From the NCBI GenBank assembly GCA_977017645.1, contig OZ360220.1, positions 262,012,001-262,076,000 on the forward strand: DNA of 64,000 nt, written 5' to 3'. The notes below the pieces were generated by a model. That model saw only the letters and a program-made list of their open reading frames with translations. It searched no databases and was not told where the DNA came from. Each line of letters starts with the position of its first letter. Positions within the stretch are counted from its first letter, which is position 1. Position numbers and translations under genes: made by a program. This stretch comes from Torpedo marmorata (lineage: Eukaryota). This document shows positions 39,160 through 51,310 of this stretch, one piece after another.

Positions 39160-39600
39160 TATTATCTTCTTTGATGGTCAAGGTTTAGGATCTCTAAAGT
39201 TGGAAAATCCAATGTTTCTGTCATTGGGTTGTAAGCTAGCCAAGTGGGATATGAGATGTTCTTCTTCCAGCTTGCATTAGGCTTCTCTGCAGCAATTGTG
39301 AAGGGCAAAAGCAGACAGGACAGAAGTGGGAAGAAAAGGTAAAATGATAGAAGCTTGAGATGGCCATTATGGACAGAGCCCATGTGCTCTGCAAAAGCAG
39401 TCACCTACATTATGCCTGGCTTCTCCAAAGCAGAAGGAGGCCACATTGTGAGCACAAATGCTGTAGACCAGGTTGGAAGAGGTGCAGGTGAACCTCTGCC
39501 TCACCTGGAAGGGATGTTTTGGTCTTTGGATGGTGGTGAGGCAGATGGAGGTGAAATGTAGAGGTATTACACCAGCTACCAGTGTCGAGAAAATGTTGTG
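39160..39600 (-). mobile_element. Degraded Penelope-like element (GIY-YIG region)
   Basis: PKHPFQVRQRFTCTSSNLVY... followed by a frameshifted GE/AEH segment. Confidence 0.75.
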
Positions 39601-40084
39601 ACAGATATGAAGAATTTGTATCATAGAATAATTAAAAGAACTACATTTTATGAGCCCCTAAATGAAAGCCATTAAGAAATAATGATCCACATATTGTGCA
39701 TTACCAACAGTCAATTTGAAGGAAGCGGGTGAATGTAGCGGAAAAAATAGATTTGGTGATGAGAAAAAAAGGTTTCTGATGGCAAAAAAAGGAACATATT
39801 AAAAAACAGGGATCAAAGGCGTGGAAAGGTTTTGAGCGAAAAAAGGGTCACAGCCTGAATAGTAATTATTGGAGTTGGAAATTAGAATTGTCCCGCACAG
39901 AGAGCTGTCCCGTGGTTAGCGTCTGACCTTTAGAAAATGAAATGCAGATAAACGAAACTAAATATTGCCTTTAAATTTTGTCTTCAGATGGTGCTTTTAT
40001 CCTTTTGTCTACCTACTCCAAATATCTATTGTAAATTCAAAACTTGCATGAAGCCGCTATGTTCTGAAGGATGAGGGTCAATTA

Positions 40085-40324
<240 letters not shown>

Positions 40325-42502
40325 TTAAAAAGAAAAAAAAAACGATGTTGAGGGCGTAACTTGAGACTGGCACAATACTGGAAAATAGAATGAGGTTCTA
40401 AACAGAATGTACAGTACTCAGATGGCTAACTCCAATCATTTTATCTGCTATATCTGGCCAATTCTCAATGCAGACTTTTATGTTCTACTGGAATAAGAAG
40501 TAGAGAAACCTTCCTCGAATTGTAAAGACCATAAAACAAAACGTTAGTTCGCTACTTGTCAATTTTTAAGGAAATGTGGATGTGCGGTGGTGATTTGAAT
40601 GTTGGTGTAAATATCCCTGCATTCTGGATTATATAAGAATGATATGTTATCTCATGAAAAAGATAAGATTCTGATGGGTTGGGGGTTTAACAGAAAAGAT
40701 CCTAGCCATTTGACGTTAATTCCTGGCAGATTCCTTCTATCCAAATGCGCTTAATTGTGTAACCCTTCTTGCGTGCTGGTACACCTGGTGCATACATGCG
40801 TATATATGTGTTGATATTTACACACTGAGGTGTATAACATGTTTTATGCATATTTTTATGTGTGTGTATATATAAAATCATAGTTATTGTGCCAAAAACT
40901 GCTATCACTCAGTAATGTTCCTAACAATATAATTGCAAGTTAATCACTTACACAGTAATCATTTCCGGGATACACCAAGCTTCTTGAGAGGGTGGGAACA
41001 CTTTTCTTATTTAATGATCGCCGGAATGATCTCACTATCGTGATAATACACCTCCGCCCTAATATCTGTATTGTCATAGCAAAGGTTATAGAATAACAAA
41101 ATACAATGATCACACTTTTGTTAATCTTTAATTCTGAAATTATAGCAGCAAATAATTGAAGTGATGCACTTCCAGATCCAACACATCGAGTAATGCGTTG
41201 CCTAAAATATCTTAAATTATTATAGTTGCTTCAAAATGTTTACTGTTGTAACCTGGTTTAACTTTTCCATTATCCATGAATTATTTTCCTTTTTATTATT
41301 GTGTAGAATTATTTATGCCAGTTCCGTGCTATAATGATTAATACTTTAATAAATATTTTGATTTTAATGTTTCTAAAGCTCCTTGTTTTGTTGTAACACA
41401 ATCATCTAGATATTTTAATCTTTACTTATACATATCCAACACAAGAATCAGTTACCAAAACTAATAACGGGGAGAGGAGATTTCTTTAATATAGGGGGAC
41501 AGAAAGAGATGGAAAGAAATAAAGCAGCGAGGGCAAAATTTGGAGAAAAGAGGATAGGTGGGCGGGATGAACTGAGGTTGAAAGACATGGAAGGCAGAAA
41601 TTGGAAGTTAAGGAAAATGAGCCCATAAACAAGGAACAAGGCACAAATAGTTGCAAGAGTATGGAAAACAGATCGGAATACCATTCAGTCTTAATATACT
41701 ATGAGTAGACACGCCAAAATAGTTAAAGGACAGATGGGCGTATATATTATTTCTAACAGATATACATTAAACTTATGTCCAAAACATCTGTAAATGAACA
41801 TCAAAATAATACGTTGTCTGTTGAAGGGTTTGGATATAGTTATGAAGGTTATGATGTCGTTTCTAGTGGCAATTTCCAGCCCTACTTGCACTGCTTTTCT
41901 CCCCACCCCAACTATTTCATGTGTAGAAGATATTGTCTATTTGAAGTATTTTGTAAAATTATTTTGCATTCATGAGTGTTGCGAATTTCCGTTCATCAGC
42001 AGACTTAAAATTAATTGGGAGAAAATAACCAAAAATAACATTTCTATGTCTGTCAGGAATACACTCGAAGTAATTCTCACAGGTAACCCTCGGAGAACCG
42101 CCGTGCGGTTCTCTAAGCTCAAGCTAAGTCTTAGCTTAGCTTTTATATGCTATAAAAGGAACGCCCAGACAAACTTTTTGCCACATTTCATCGACTTGTT
42201 TAATAATACAATTCCACATGAGTTATCTTTAAAAAACTGTTTCGCAAGTTAACCATAACAGTTATGGTTAACAGAAGAATTGTCTTTGGGAAACCATTGC
42301 CAAATTTGAAACTTCCTTCGCATCAAACGGAAAACAGTGTCCAAACAAAAATATATCAACGTTCCTTTTTAAAAAGAACTACTGTATGATAACAATTGCT
42401 TCTTATATTCAACCTCAACTTATCAGATAATTTCATTACATTGCAAGCAAGGTTTTGACCTAGGTGATAGCCATCAAATCGCAGAAGATACGTTAAAAGT
42501 TT

Positions 42503-42621
42503 ATGGATGGATGGATGGATGGATGGATGGATGGATGGATGGATGGATGGATGGAAAGGTGGATGGAGAGGTGGATGGATGGAAAGGTGGATGGAGAGGT
42601 GGATGGATGGATGGATGGATG

Positions 42622-42683
<62 letters not shown>
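42503..42683. repeat. Compound microsatellite (ATGG)n-(ATAG)n
   Basis: Read directly from the sequence. Confidence 0.98.
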
Positions 42684-44241
42684 AAGAACCCGCCTCATAT
42701 TTCTACTAACCAGTGACCAATGACTAGTGTGCTGTTTTGCAAAATAATGAGATGCGCCAGTTTTTTTCAGCCACAAGCCCACACCTTCAGACTGGAGTTA
42801 GGAATAGTAAACCCAGCTTCTCATTTCCAGGACAAGGCGGGGTTCTCACAAAAAACAAAGGAAGTTTTAATTTCCTACTTATTCTCATCCCTGACACGTG
42901 CTTCTCGTTGTGGTCGTGCACAAGCACTTTAACTAAGTAATCGTTTAGAATGATTGATTTATATATTCGTAAAATGCTCGTGTTGTATTTGTTGATGGTT
43001 TTATTCTCCTTCCCTAAATCTCGCACAATTCCAGCGCAGTTAAAGAATGAAAGATAAAAGTCTAGAATAAAATGCAATGAATAAAGGAATGGAAATATTT
43101 AATTAATTTTAATTTCAGTGGATCAAAAAAAATGGGAAACTGATGCCACTGATAAAGCATGGACGCGCATTCTCTAAAGCAGCAACACACGTAAGAGGCG
43201 GCAATAATAGTTTTTGCGTTTCAATCTTTTGATTGCCTTTTTTAAAGTATCACAACTGTAGACACCTTCCTTCCCGCCTTCCTTCTATCTTCCTGCCCTC
43301 CTTCGCTCTGTTTGTGTTTTTTTTTCTTTAAGATGACACGTTTCTGTCATAATCATCCTCACCGCACCGACTAGATCCGGTCACGTCTGATTAGTTTAGC
43401 CTGTCTACTTGAGCTTTTTTTTATATTATTAGATTTTGCGACACCTGAGTTTGTATACGCTGTTGACAGCGATGTGGTGGTGATCATCTGTGCGACAGTG
43501 TGAAAAATCCTGTTAATTTTGGCCTGTTTGCCCAATCATGTGCATTAATTTAGAAAAGTTAACCCAAATTTCCAGTATCAGCATTGGTGAGATCCTATCC
43601 TTGGTCCTGAATGTGGCCATGGGTTAGGTTCCAGGAGAAGGATGTAGCAGAACAACAGAGAAACTCGCGAAAAAGACAGAACCTGGTAGATATCAAGACT
43701 GAGAGGGAAAGTGAAAGAGAAGAAGAAAGAGAATGGAAAAAAAGAATAAAACGAGTAGCTACTAAAGAGAAAGGACACAGATAAAAGGAGAGACGAGGGC
43801 ATAAAAATAACCAACCCATGCTTCTTATTCAAAACCGCTTACGTACATGAATATTGGTTCTCAAATTATTTGAACATATTCATTCAAAATAGGGAATGTA
43901 GAGTTATCATTAACCTGAAGGCAGGATTTCATGGAAGTTGCTTTGATTTCCCTTTTTATGTTTATTCCTGCCGGTGGAAGCAAAGCTGTGAACCTCCACA
44001 AGGGGCTGAAACATGTCCAGAAGACGAATTCACCAAACAGAGACACCTTCAGGAGGCTCCCGTTAAAAGGCTTACAACAAATGATTCCCAGAAACAAGTC
44101 AGGTGCCTGTTAACAGCTTCGGCCTTAGCACTATGTTCCGTGCGAGAAAGAGCCGGGCACAGTATAGTCCAGGACATCTACCAAACCCGGCAGTAAAACG
44201 CCCATTCTTGATTAAACGGGGTTGATCAACCTGGCTAATCT

Positions 44242-44387
44242 NNNNNNNNNNNNNNNNNNNNNNNNNNNNNNNNNNNNNNNNNNNNNNNNNNNNNNNNNNN
44301 NNNNNNNNNNNNNNNNNNNNNNNNNNNNNNNNNNNNNNNNNNNNNNNNNNNNNNNNNNNNNNNNNNNNNNNNNNNNNNNNNNNNNNN
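44242..44387. other. Assembly gap (run of N)
   Basis: N characters; abuts a short (CA)n. Confidence 0.99.
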
Positions 44388-47300
44388 CCATACACACACA
44401 CAAGCGACATGTATTTCTTTCCGCTTATCTCTCTGTCTGAACCTCCTCTGCGTTATTCGCTGTGTTTCTAGAGCTTTCTCTTATTGTCTATCCGTCTGCA
44501 CTCTCTCGTTCAAGGTCAGACTTATTTCCCGTGAAGCACTATCCAAGGACAGGTTTCCGTATTTCTGAATTAAGTCGACATTAAACTGAGATCCCGGCTG
44601 TGTAATGAGAGGGCATGGAAGGAGAAGTTATTTGAAACTCTACAGCAACGCAGATCGATCCCAAAATTAAACAAACTAACTCTAATTCAGAGTCCCATAT
44701 TTGTCTGGTGTGGTAATTGGGAATAAAAATTGCCTTGTAACTCCCGAAAAATAAATGAAAAGAAATGATCTTAGGTATGTTCTTGTGTGGCGTGTTCTTA
44801 TGCTGTACACTCCGACGAGAAGATGTGACGCGAGCGGTCAAACTGCTCGCGAAGCAGAAAATATGAAGTTTCCAAAGTAACGCTTAAACCTTTTTTGCTT
44901 ACTAAAGCGAGTACAGTATGTACATTGCCCTTCATACTGCGAAATATATCAATAAGTCGCCAAATACTTCGGAATAAACGATTACAGTTTAATTTTAAAA
45001 TATGCTCCTTTTTTAAACCGTCACCAAGAGGCAAAGTCACTCACATATGAATTGCTCCAATTCCTGCAAGATGCGATTGGAGTGGATCTTCCGATCTGTT
45101 TTAAACGGAGTGGAATTGAATGTAATCGCATCGTGAGCCTCTTAACCAACCTTGCAGGGAATAAATGTGTGTAATATAGAAGGGGGAGAGAATGACTGGT
45201 GGCAACGATGGACTGCTGGTTGTGTTTAAGGCTTAGTCAGTGGGGACCTGAATGCTAATCCTTGCTTCACTGCGCTCCGACCGCCCTTCCCTCCACACGT
45301 TTTGCTTCTTCCTGAACATTTAATTTCTCTTTCTATGGACGTGTGGTTGCTGCAGAGACTGATCTGAAGCCAATAGCTTTCCATCATTGCTCAGGGTCTG
45401 GTCGGGAGAATTTAGTGGCGGCGAGGAAATGGGAAATTGGAGAATATTCTGAGTTTTTGCTCGTTCTATTTTTCCTTGTAGCTGAAACGTGAAATTTGGC
45501 TAGGAACATGTCAGATTTTCATCATCAAAGAAGACAATCGGTAACTTGCAGTTCAGTTAATTGTTGAATTAATTAGTAAATGACTTCCTTTCTATAGTTT
45601 TGTCAAATTCATTGAGATTTATAACTCAAAGGGAGCCATTAGCAAACGTAGGCGTTGCAGAGGTGTATTGATTTAGTTACTGGAATTTATTCTAGCTCCC
45701 GCCTATATTAATTGTCTAATATTTCATAACTTACTAAGAAGAAACGTTCTGCCCTGATCTGTAACCTTGTTTAGAAAGTGTTTCATTATTCCTTTGGCCA
45801 ACTTTCAAGGGATTTAAATGGCAGTCTGCAATTTAACTATGCGTCAAATGGTGCGTTGAAATTCGTGCAAGAGCGAAGCAAATATGCAACAAGGAGTGCA
45901 CAGTAGAATGGGAACGGCGATCCGGTAGAATTCACGGGGAAAACGTCCGATTCCCCCCAGTCTGATGAACGATCGCAGGAAGCGATTCATGAACTCAACT
46001 GAATTTTTCAAATTAGGGATTCCAACCCCCACCCCCCCCCCCCCCCCCACCACCCACAGGAAAAACGACTGGCGCAGATTTCTCCCACGTTTCATTTAAT
46101 TGAACTGATTATTGCACATGACAAGAATTTCTAATGTGCTTTTAAACCTAATCGCCAGTTTTCCAACTTCCAATAAGTCACAAGTCACTTAATGTTTAAA
46201 ACAACATTGTCTCACCGGGGCATGTGATACGTCAGTCACGCTTGTCCTAGGGGAACAAAATCAGTGGGAACCTGCAACATTTCTAACCCCTTGAAAGTAA
46301 AATGGGGCTTGTCCAAATGCAAGGGGAAATAAGAATTAAAATAAACAGGAAAGTTTCAGATGATCTCTGACCCGGGCTGTGGCAGAGCATCAACACAACA
46401 AAAAGTTCACCTCCCGCTTGTGCTTTGATAAATTGATCTGACTTAGGTAATGACGTCCCATCTGTACCCCAGGCCGAGTTTTCATGCACGTGTAATTTCT
46501 ATTTAACATTGTGGTATTGCAAGAGTTTAATCTGCCCAAATCTCACCGTCTCACACATCTGCATTAATATTTCTTCAGTATAGCATGTGATGTTTTCACC
46601 TCTCCTGACCACAAGGATAAACTGTGGAACATAGTCAATTTTATTTTCTAACATTAACAGTTAATCAAATAATTCATAAAGGGACGTGTAACTTTAATGT
46701 GGAATTAAACGATTTAATTTACAAAACGCGGCGTCATCAAAACATATGAAATACAGTATAAGCGCAAATAAATCTAATCAACAGGAGTGCCCAAGAGTAA
46801 GAGAAGGAACAATATAAAATGTTTTGGTTACATTTCGCTTTTCGGCTGTGAATTTGTTTGAGAGTTTGTTTTCGTCAGTGTGAGTAAGTAGAATTTAACT
46901 TGCTGGTTCCATACGAGTCGAGTACCGCGTGTACAAGTGGATGTGGACATTCCTCCTGGCATAATTTAATTTTCGTTGGCTATTCGTCGCAAAGAGCCTT
47001 GTTACAATTGTATAGATATGATATTACATTTAGGTACCCTTCTGCACCTGGATTCGACGCCCAGGCAGCGTCATTGTGAATGTTTCTAAAAGCTGCCAGG
47101 GGTCAGGGCTGCCGTTAAAAGTCAGGGAGTAGGGGGTAGAATGTGCTTCTCGCTGTTGTCCTAAACAGTCTATGCTAAAAAAAAGTGACTGTGGTCTCCG
47201 AAACACTGAAACAGCAGCGGCGACTATAATCAATCCCTGCACATTAACGTGTCTGTGCGTTTCCTAGGTATTTCTAAGATTTATCATTGTACCTACCAGC

Positions 47301-47924
47301 TATTTACTGTCTGTATGGAAAGGCTGACATATATTAAAGGATTATTTTGCTTTCTTATAACCTAGGGATTTCTGTATTATGCATGACTTTTACTTGCTGG
47401 GGTTTGGGCGAATAGTTTTCTGCGTTCTCTGGTATCGGATTCTTTTAATTTAAGGATTACCTTGTTGTTATATCCTTTTTGATGGATTACCTGCAGGAAA
47501 GGCTTTGTCTGGGATATGTCGCTCTTGGATTATTTCTGCTCCTCGTATCTATAATGTTAGGTTTGAATTACTTCTGATTCTTTTGCCTCTAACACTATTT
47601 CTCATTATTACTTTCTTGCCTATAAGATTGTTTCCATTATTATTATTCCACTGAACATAGTGCCGGTGATGAACAGCTTGCTGTTTGCAGTATAATTTTT
47701 GATTTATTTAGGTTTTTTGCCACTCACTCGGAATTCAGTTTTGAACCCCATGCCTTCTTCCTATCTATTTTCAAATGAATAATCTATTCAGATCGGGGTT
47801 TTTTTTTCAGGTTTGACTTTACTCTAAAATGTTCTTTTTGCAGAATTGTAATTATCAGTTTACCGACCCCATTTGATTCCAGCAGATACCATGTTTGATA
47901 TTTCTCATTCCTTTTGCTTCTTAC

Positions 47925-48090
47925 CTGCCCAGGATCTTGCTGACGCAGCCGTGGCTCACTCTGAGCTGTCTGGAAATATCGCAGGGTCTTACTCCTTGGT
48001 GAGCCAGTTCGACAATTCGCTGCCGGACAACATCGGGGAGAGGGCGGCCATTCACAAAGACTCCTCCGAGCTGATTCACCCCGCCATGCC
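47925..48090 (-). CDS. pax5: Pax5 exon 2 (paired domain N-terminal half), 166 nt
   Basis: tacag|GGCATGGC...GGCAG|gtaaga; [55 protein letters not shown]. Confidence 0.98.
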
Positions 48091-50471
48091 CTGTATATAA
48101 TACACAAAACAGAGAGAGAAAGAAAAGAAACACTGCGGCTATACAGTCTGTATCTCCCATGTAAAATTATCGGTAATGCATGGACCATAAAAATATGGGG
48201 GAGAGGAGTTCAGAATCTCCTTCTTTACACATCCATAGAAAGATAGGATTGGAATGGGGTGTGGTCAACGTGGGGTGGACACTGGTTTTGGAATATAACA
48301 CACGGACTCGAGAAGTTAGAAGAGTAATGAGGTGAATGATCCGCCGCATATGGTTTAGAGGGGAACACTTCCAGGGAGACCGAGGACACTTTAGCTTTCT
48401 TGGAAAACAGGTCCACACACTCTAAACCCACAACTGCCCCTCAGGATGGGGAAGTGAAACACTGTCGTGGATTATAAAATTAATGTAAAATAGGCCAATA
48501 GTTCAGTTAGTTAGCAGCTTTTAAAAATTGCACGGGAAAGATCATTGTTGTGAGGTTGAGAAACGCGAGACGTTCACGGAAAGTGAAAGTGACCCACTGA
48601 ATTCGGAACAGAAAACGTGTCCCTTTCGATGAAACTTCAGCTTCCTGTCGCTTAGTAATATGTAGACAGATATCAGTCCCGTTCACAGTCTTCTGGGAGC
48701 AAGACATGTTCCTTTTGAGTAATCGGCAGCAGAATTTCGAACGATTGGATTCTCACAGCGAATGCAACAGAATATTTGGATATTTACCATGCAGTTGGAG
48801 GTAGCTCACAGATAAAGAAAACGGTTTTATTTTAATTAAACTGAAGCGATAGCAAATTTCTACGGCTTTCACAAATGGGAAGGAAATCATAAATCTTAAT
48901 TCGGGATGATATTTTTAAATGTTCCAATTTAGAATTCAAAAGAATTAAAGCACGTCCCTAAGCGTTAGTAAATGGAGATCGGCAACAAAATTGTTTTATG
49001 CAAAATTTGAAGTGTTTGACATAAATCGTCCCATACAAATCTCCAGGGATTTTTTTATTAGTCTATGCCACCGCCGGAGGGGTGGAAAGTTATAATGAGA
49101 ATGGATTGATACCTGAAGCACAGGGGTAATCTGTGCCGGGAGGTACTTCGTCTCTTTCGTTGCTACTTTTACTGGATTTAGAACTATGTGAAATACTTTG
49201 CTAATGAGCTAAAAGTATTTGTTACTTCCGTTTGGTTGTCAATGAAATGGTACCTCGTTTTAGTCTCTGGTGCAGAAAATTGTTAAATGGAACATTAGCA
49301 GTTTTTGTTTCCTAAAAATAAATCGTTCGATTTCACGCCAGATCGGAATAAATTCCCCTTCATTTCCCATCTTGTTTCTAAGATTTTAACCGTTTAAAAA
49401 TCATAAAATTAAACTACGGTTATTTTTGTATTACGAGCCGACTAAAATGACGAAGTATATAATTCTGTCTTCAAATAGATTAATACCGAGTAGGGTTTTT
49501 TAAACATGTGACTTTTGCAACAGAATTTCTTTCTAAAATCAATAATATTTGTTTTGATCTTAAAGTTCGTGTATGCGCAGTCGCTGCACATCACTGTGTT
49601 GTAACAATTGCAAATCGATATATTTTGTTTTGGAGTCGGAAGGTTAAATTTAAACCTGATTTATACTCAGTCAACCTGGCCAACGAGGTGCCATTCCTAA
49701 AGTGTGTCTAGATAGACCCTACTACAATATGATTAGTTCGAGTTGATAAAGCATCTGTTTACAAGTTGTAGGTGTAATAACACTTAACACACCGTGATAG
49801 GATGTGTCATTTCATATAACATCGACCAAATGGACAAGTCCTCCCAGCCAACTCCGTCAACCAAAACAAACGTGCTGGAGATGTCTGCGTGGTCCAACTC
49901 CACCATTAAAGACTTTCACTGTTTTACCACAGCTTCATACTCGTCATATATACACAACAAGTAAATGCAATTTGGATGTGCGAAACGAAACAGTTAGGCG
50001 TCGACCTTATGTATTGCTCTTTTTGCAACTTACTGACAACTAAATAAATTTGGTTGGTTGAGAAATGTTAATGTTCTTTTACTAAAGCCACTGACGTTCA
50101 GTACAATCCGTGTTCATCATAGAAAGCAACAATACCATTTCTTATTTCTGAGTAAAAGTATATGTAATTAAGATAATATTGTAACTGTGTCCTCGAATGT
50201 TACTGTTTTCTACTTCATTGTGAAAATTTAAAAATCGATTAATTAACTGGCTTTTAATTCTGGAAAATCGGGGCTGATAGTAAAATTATTCGTGCACATG
50301 TGACTCGGTTCTGATTTTCAGCGAAACACGTTCCCTTTCAAGGACTTCACATGGCTCCGGGTCTAGGGACGTCTGAACATCGTTTTGTGAAATCGGGTGC
50401 TCCAGCACTCCTTACACACTCTCACTCACTAGGAACCGCCAGACGAGCCAGGGAAGGAGCTGCCTACTTAC

Positions 50472-50514
50472 TATGCATTGCTGCAAACGGGTCGTGCTTA
50501 CAGTGGATTTCCAT
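50472..50514 (-). CDS. pax5: Pax5 first coding exon (exon 1B type), 43 nt coding
   Basis: ATG at 50514, MEIHCKHDPFAAMH + A|gtaagt; phase 1 joins exon 2 as AGG (Arg); matches the Pax5 1B-type N-terminus. Confidence 0.96.
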
Positions 50515-50950
50515 GAAAAGGCGCAGCCGGTCTTCAACTCGGAGAAAACCTCGATTTTCTGGTCTGGATTTAACCCCTTCACCTATACTCCCAAAAACAA
50601 AAGAGGGTGAGCAGCGCCCCACGCAAACCCAGAAGAAGATCTTGATCCCAGCCACTAATTGTAGATTCTACAGCTCTGTGGTCCTCAAGGTTTCAGACGA
50701 ATTGTACAAGAAACGTGAAAGTTAAGTTTGTCAGATGCAATGCAGTGCCCCCAAAAAAAATGAATCCAATTGCTACTCAGTGACAGCAGTGAATTTTAAC
50801 TTCGAAATCGTTCACACCCGAAAAAAAATCCTTTTAAGAATTCCAGCTTCTCTTTTTTGACGTTTTCTTGTGCAATTTGTCCGCTGTGTATGTGAAGGCG
50901 GGTTCCTGTTTCCCCGGAGTGCGCTGGCCCCCTGCTCTGTATTCAGTCGC
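50515..50950 (-). other. pax5: Probable Pax5 5'UTR
   Basis: No minus-strand ATG between 50515 and 50963; lies between the start codon and a GC-rich, CCAAT-rich promoter; TSS position inferred. Confidence 0.6.
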
Positions 50951-51310
50951 GCTCAGTCTCCTCCATAGTGTTTAAATGTGGCTGAGCCCACAGTGATTCG
51001 GCGCTGATTCGCCCGAGGCTCAGCCCTGCGGGGACGACGCAAGGCCCCGGCCGTTGTCAATCACATAATCACCAGCCAGTCAAGCAATTTTCGCCTCTCC
51101 CATTGACCAATAGCAAAATTCAACTCAATGTCTTGGCCAATCCCCGTGCGAGCTGCTAATTCACTCACCAATAACCATCATCCTCATCTGCAAAAATTGA
51201 CCAATCGTGCGGACCCAATTTTTAAGGTTCACCAATTATCTGCAAGTGGTAGCGATGCACAAGGCGGTCGTTTTAATAATTGGTTATTTAATACTGTGTT
51301 CTGATTGGTC
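50950..51310 (-). promoter_or_regulatory. Pax5 (1B) promoter with CCAAT-box array
   Basis: CCAAT at 51107, 51137, 51168, 51201, 51215, 51232 and ATTGG at 51279, 51304; CpG-rich 50880-51060; ATTTAAA near 50975. Confidence 0.75.

Noticed and set aside
42501-44440. ORFs across the microsatellite and the N gap
   Set aside because: Artefacts of simple repeats and unknown bases
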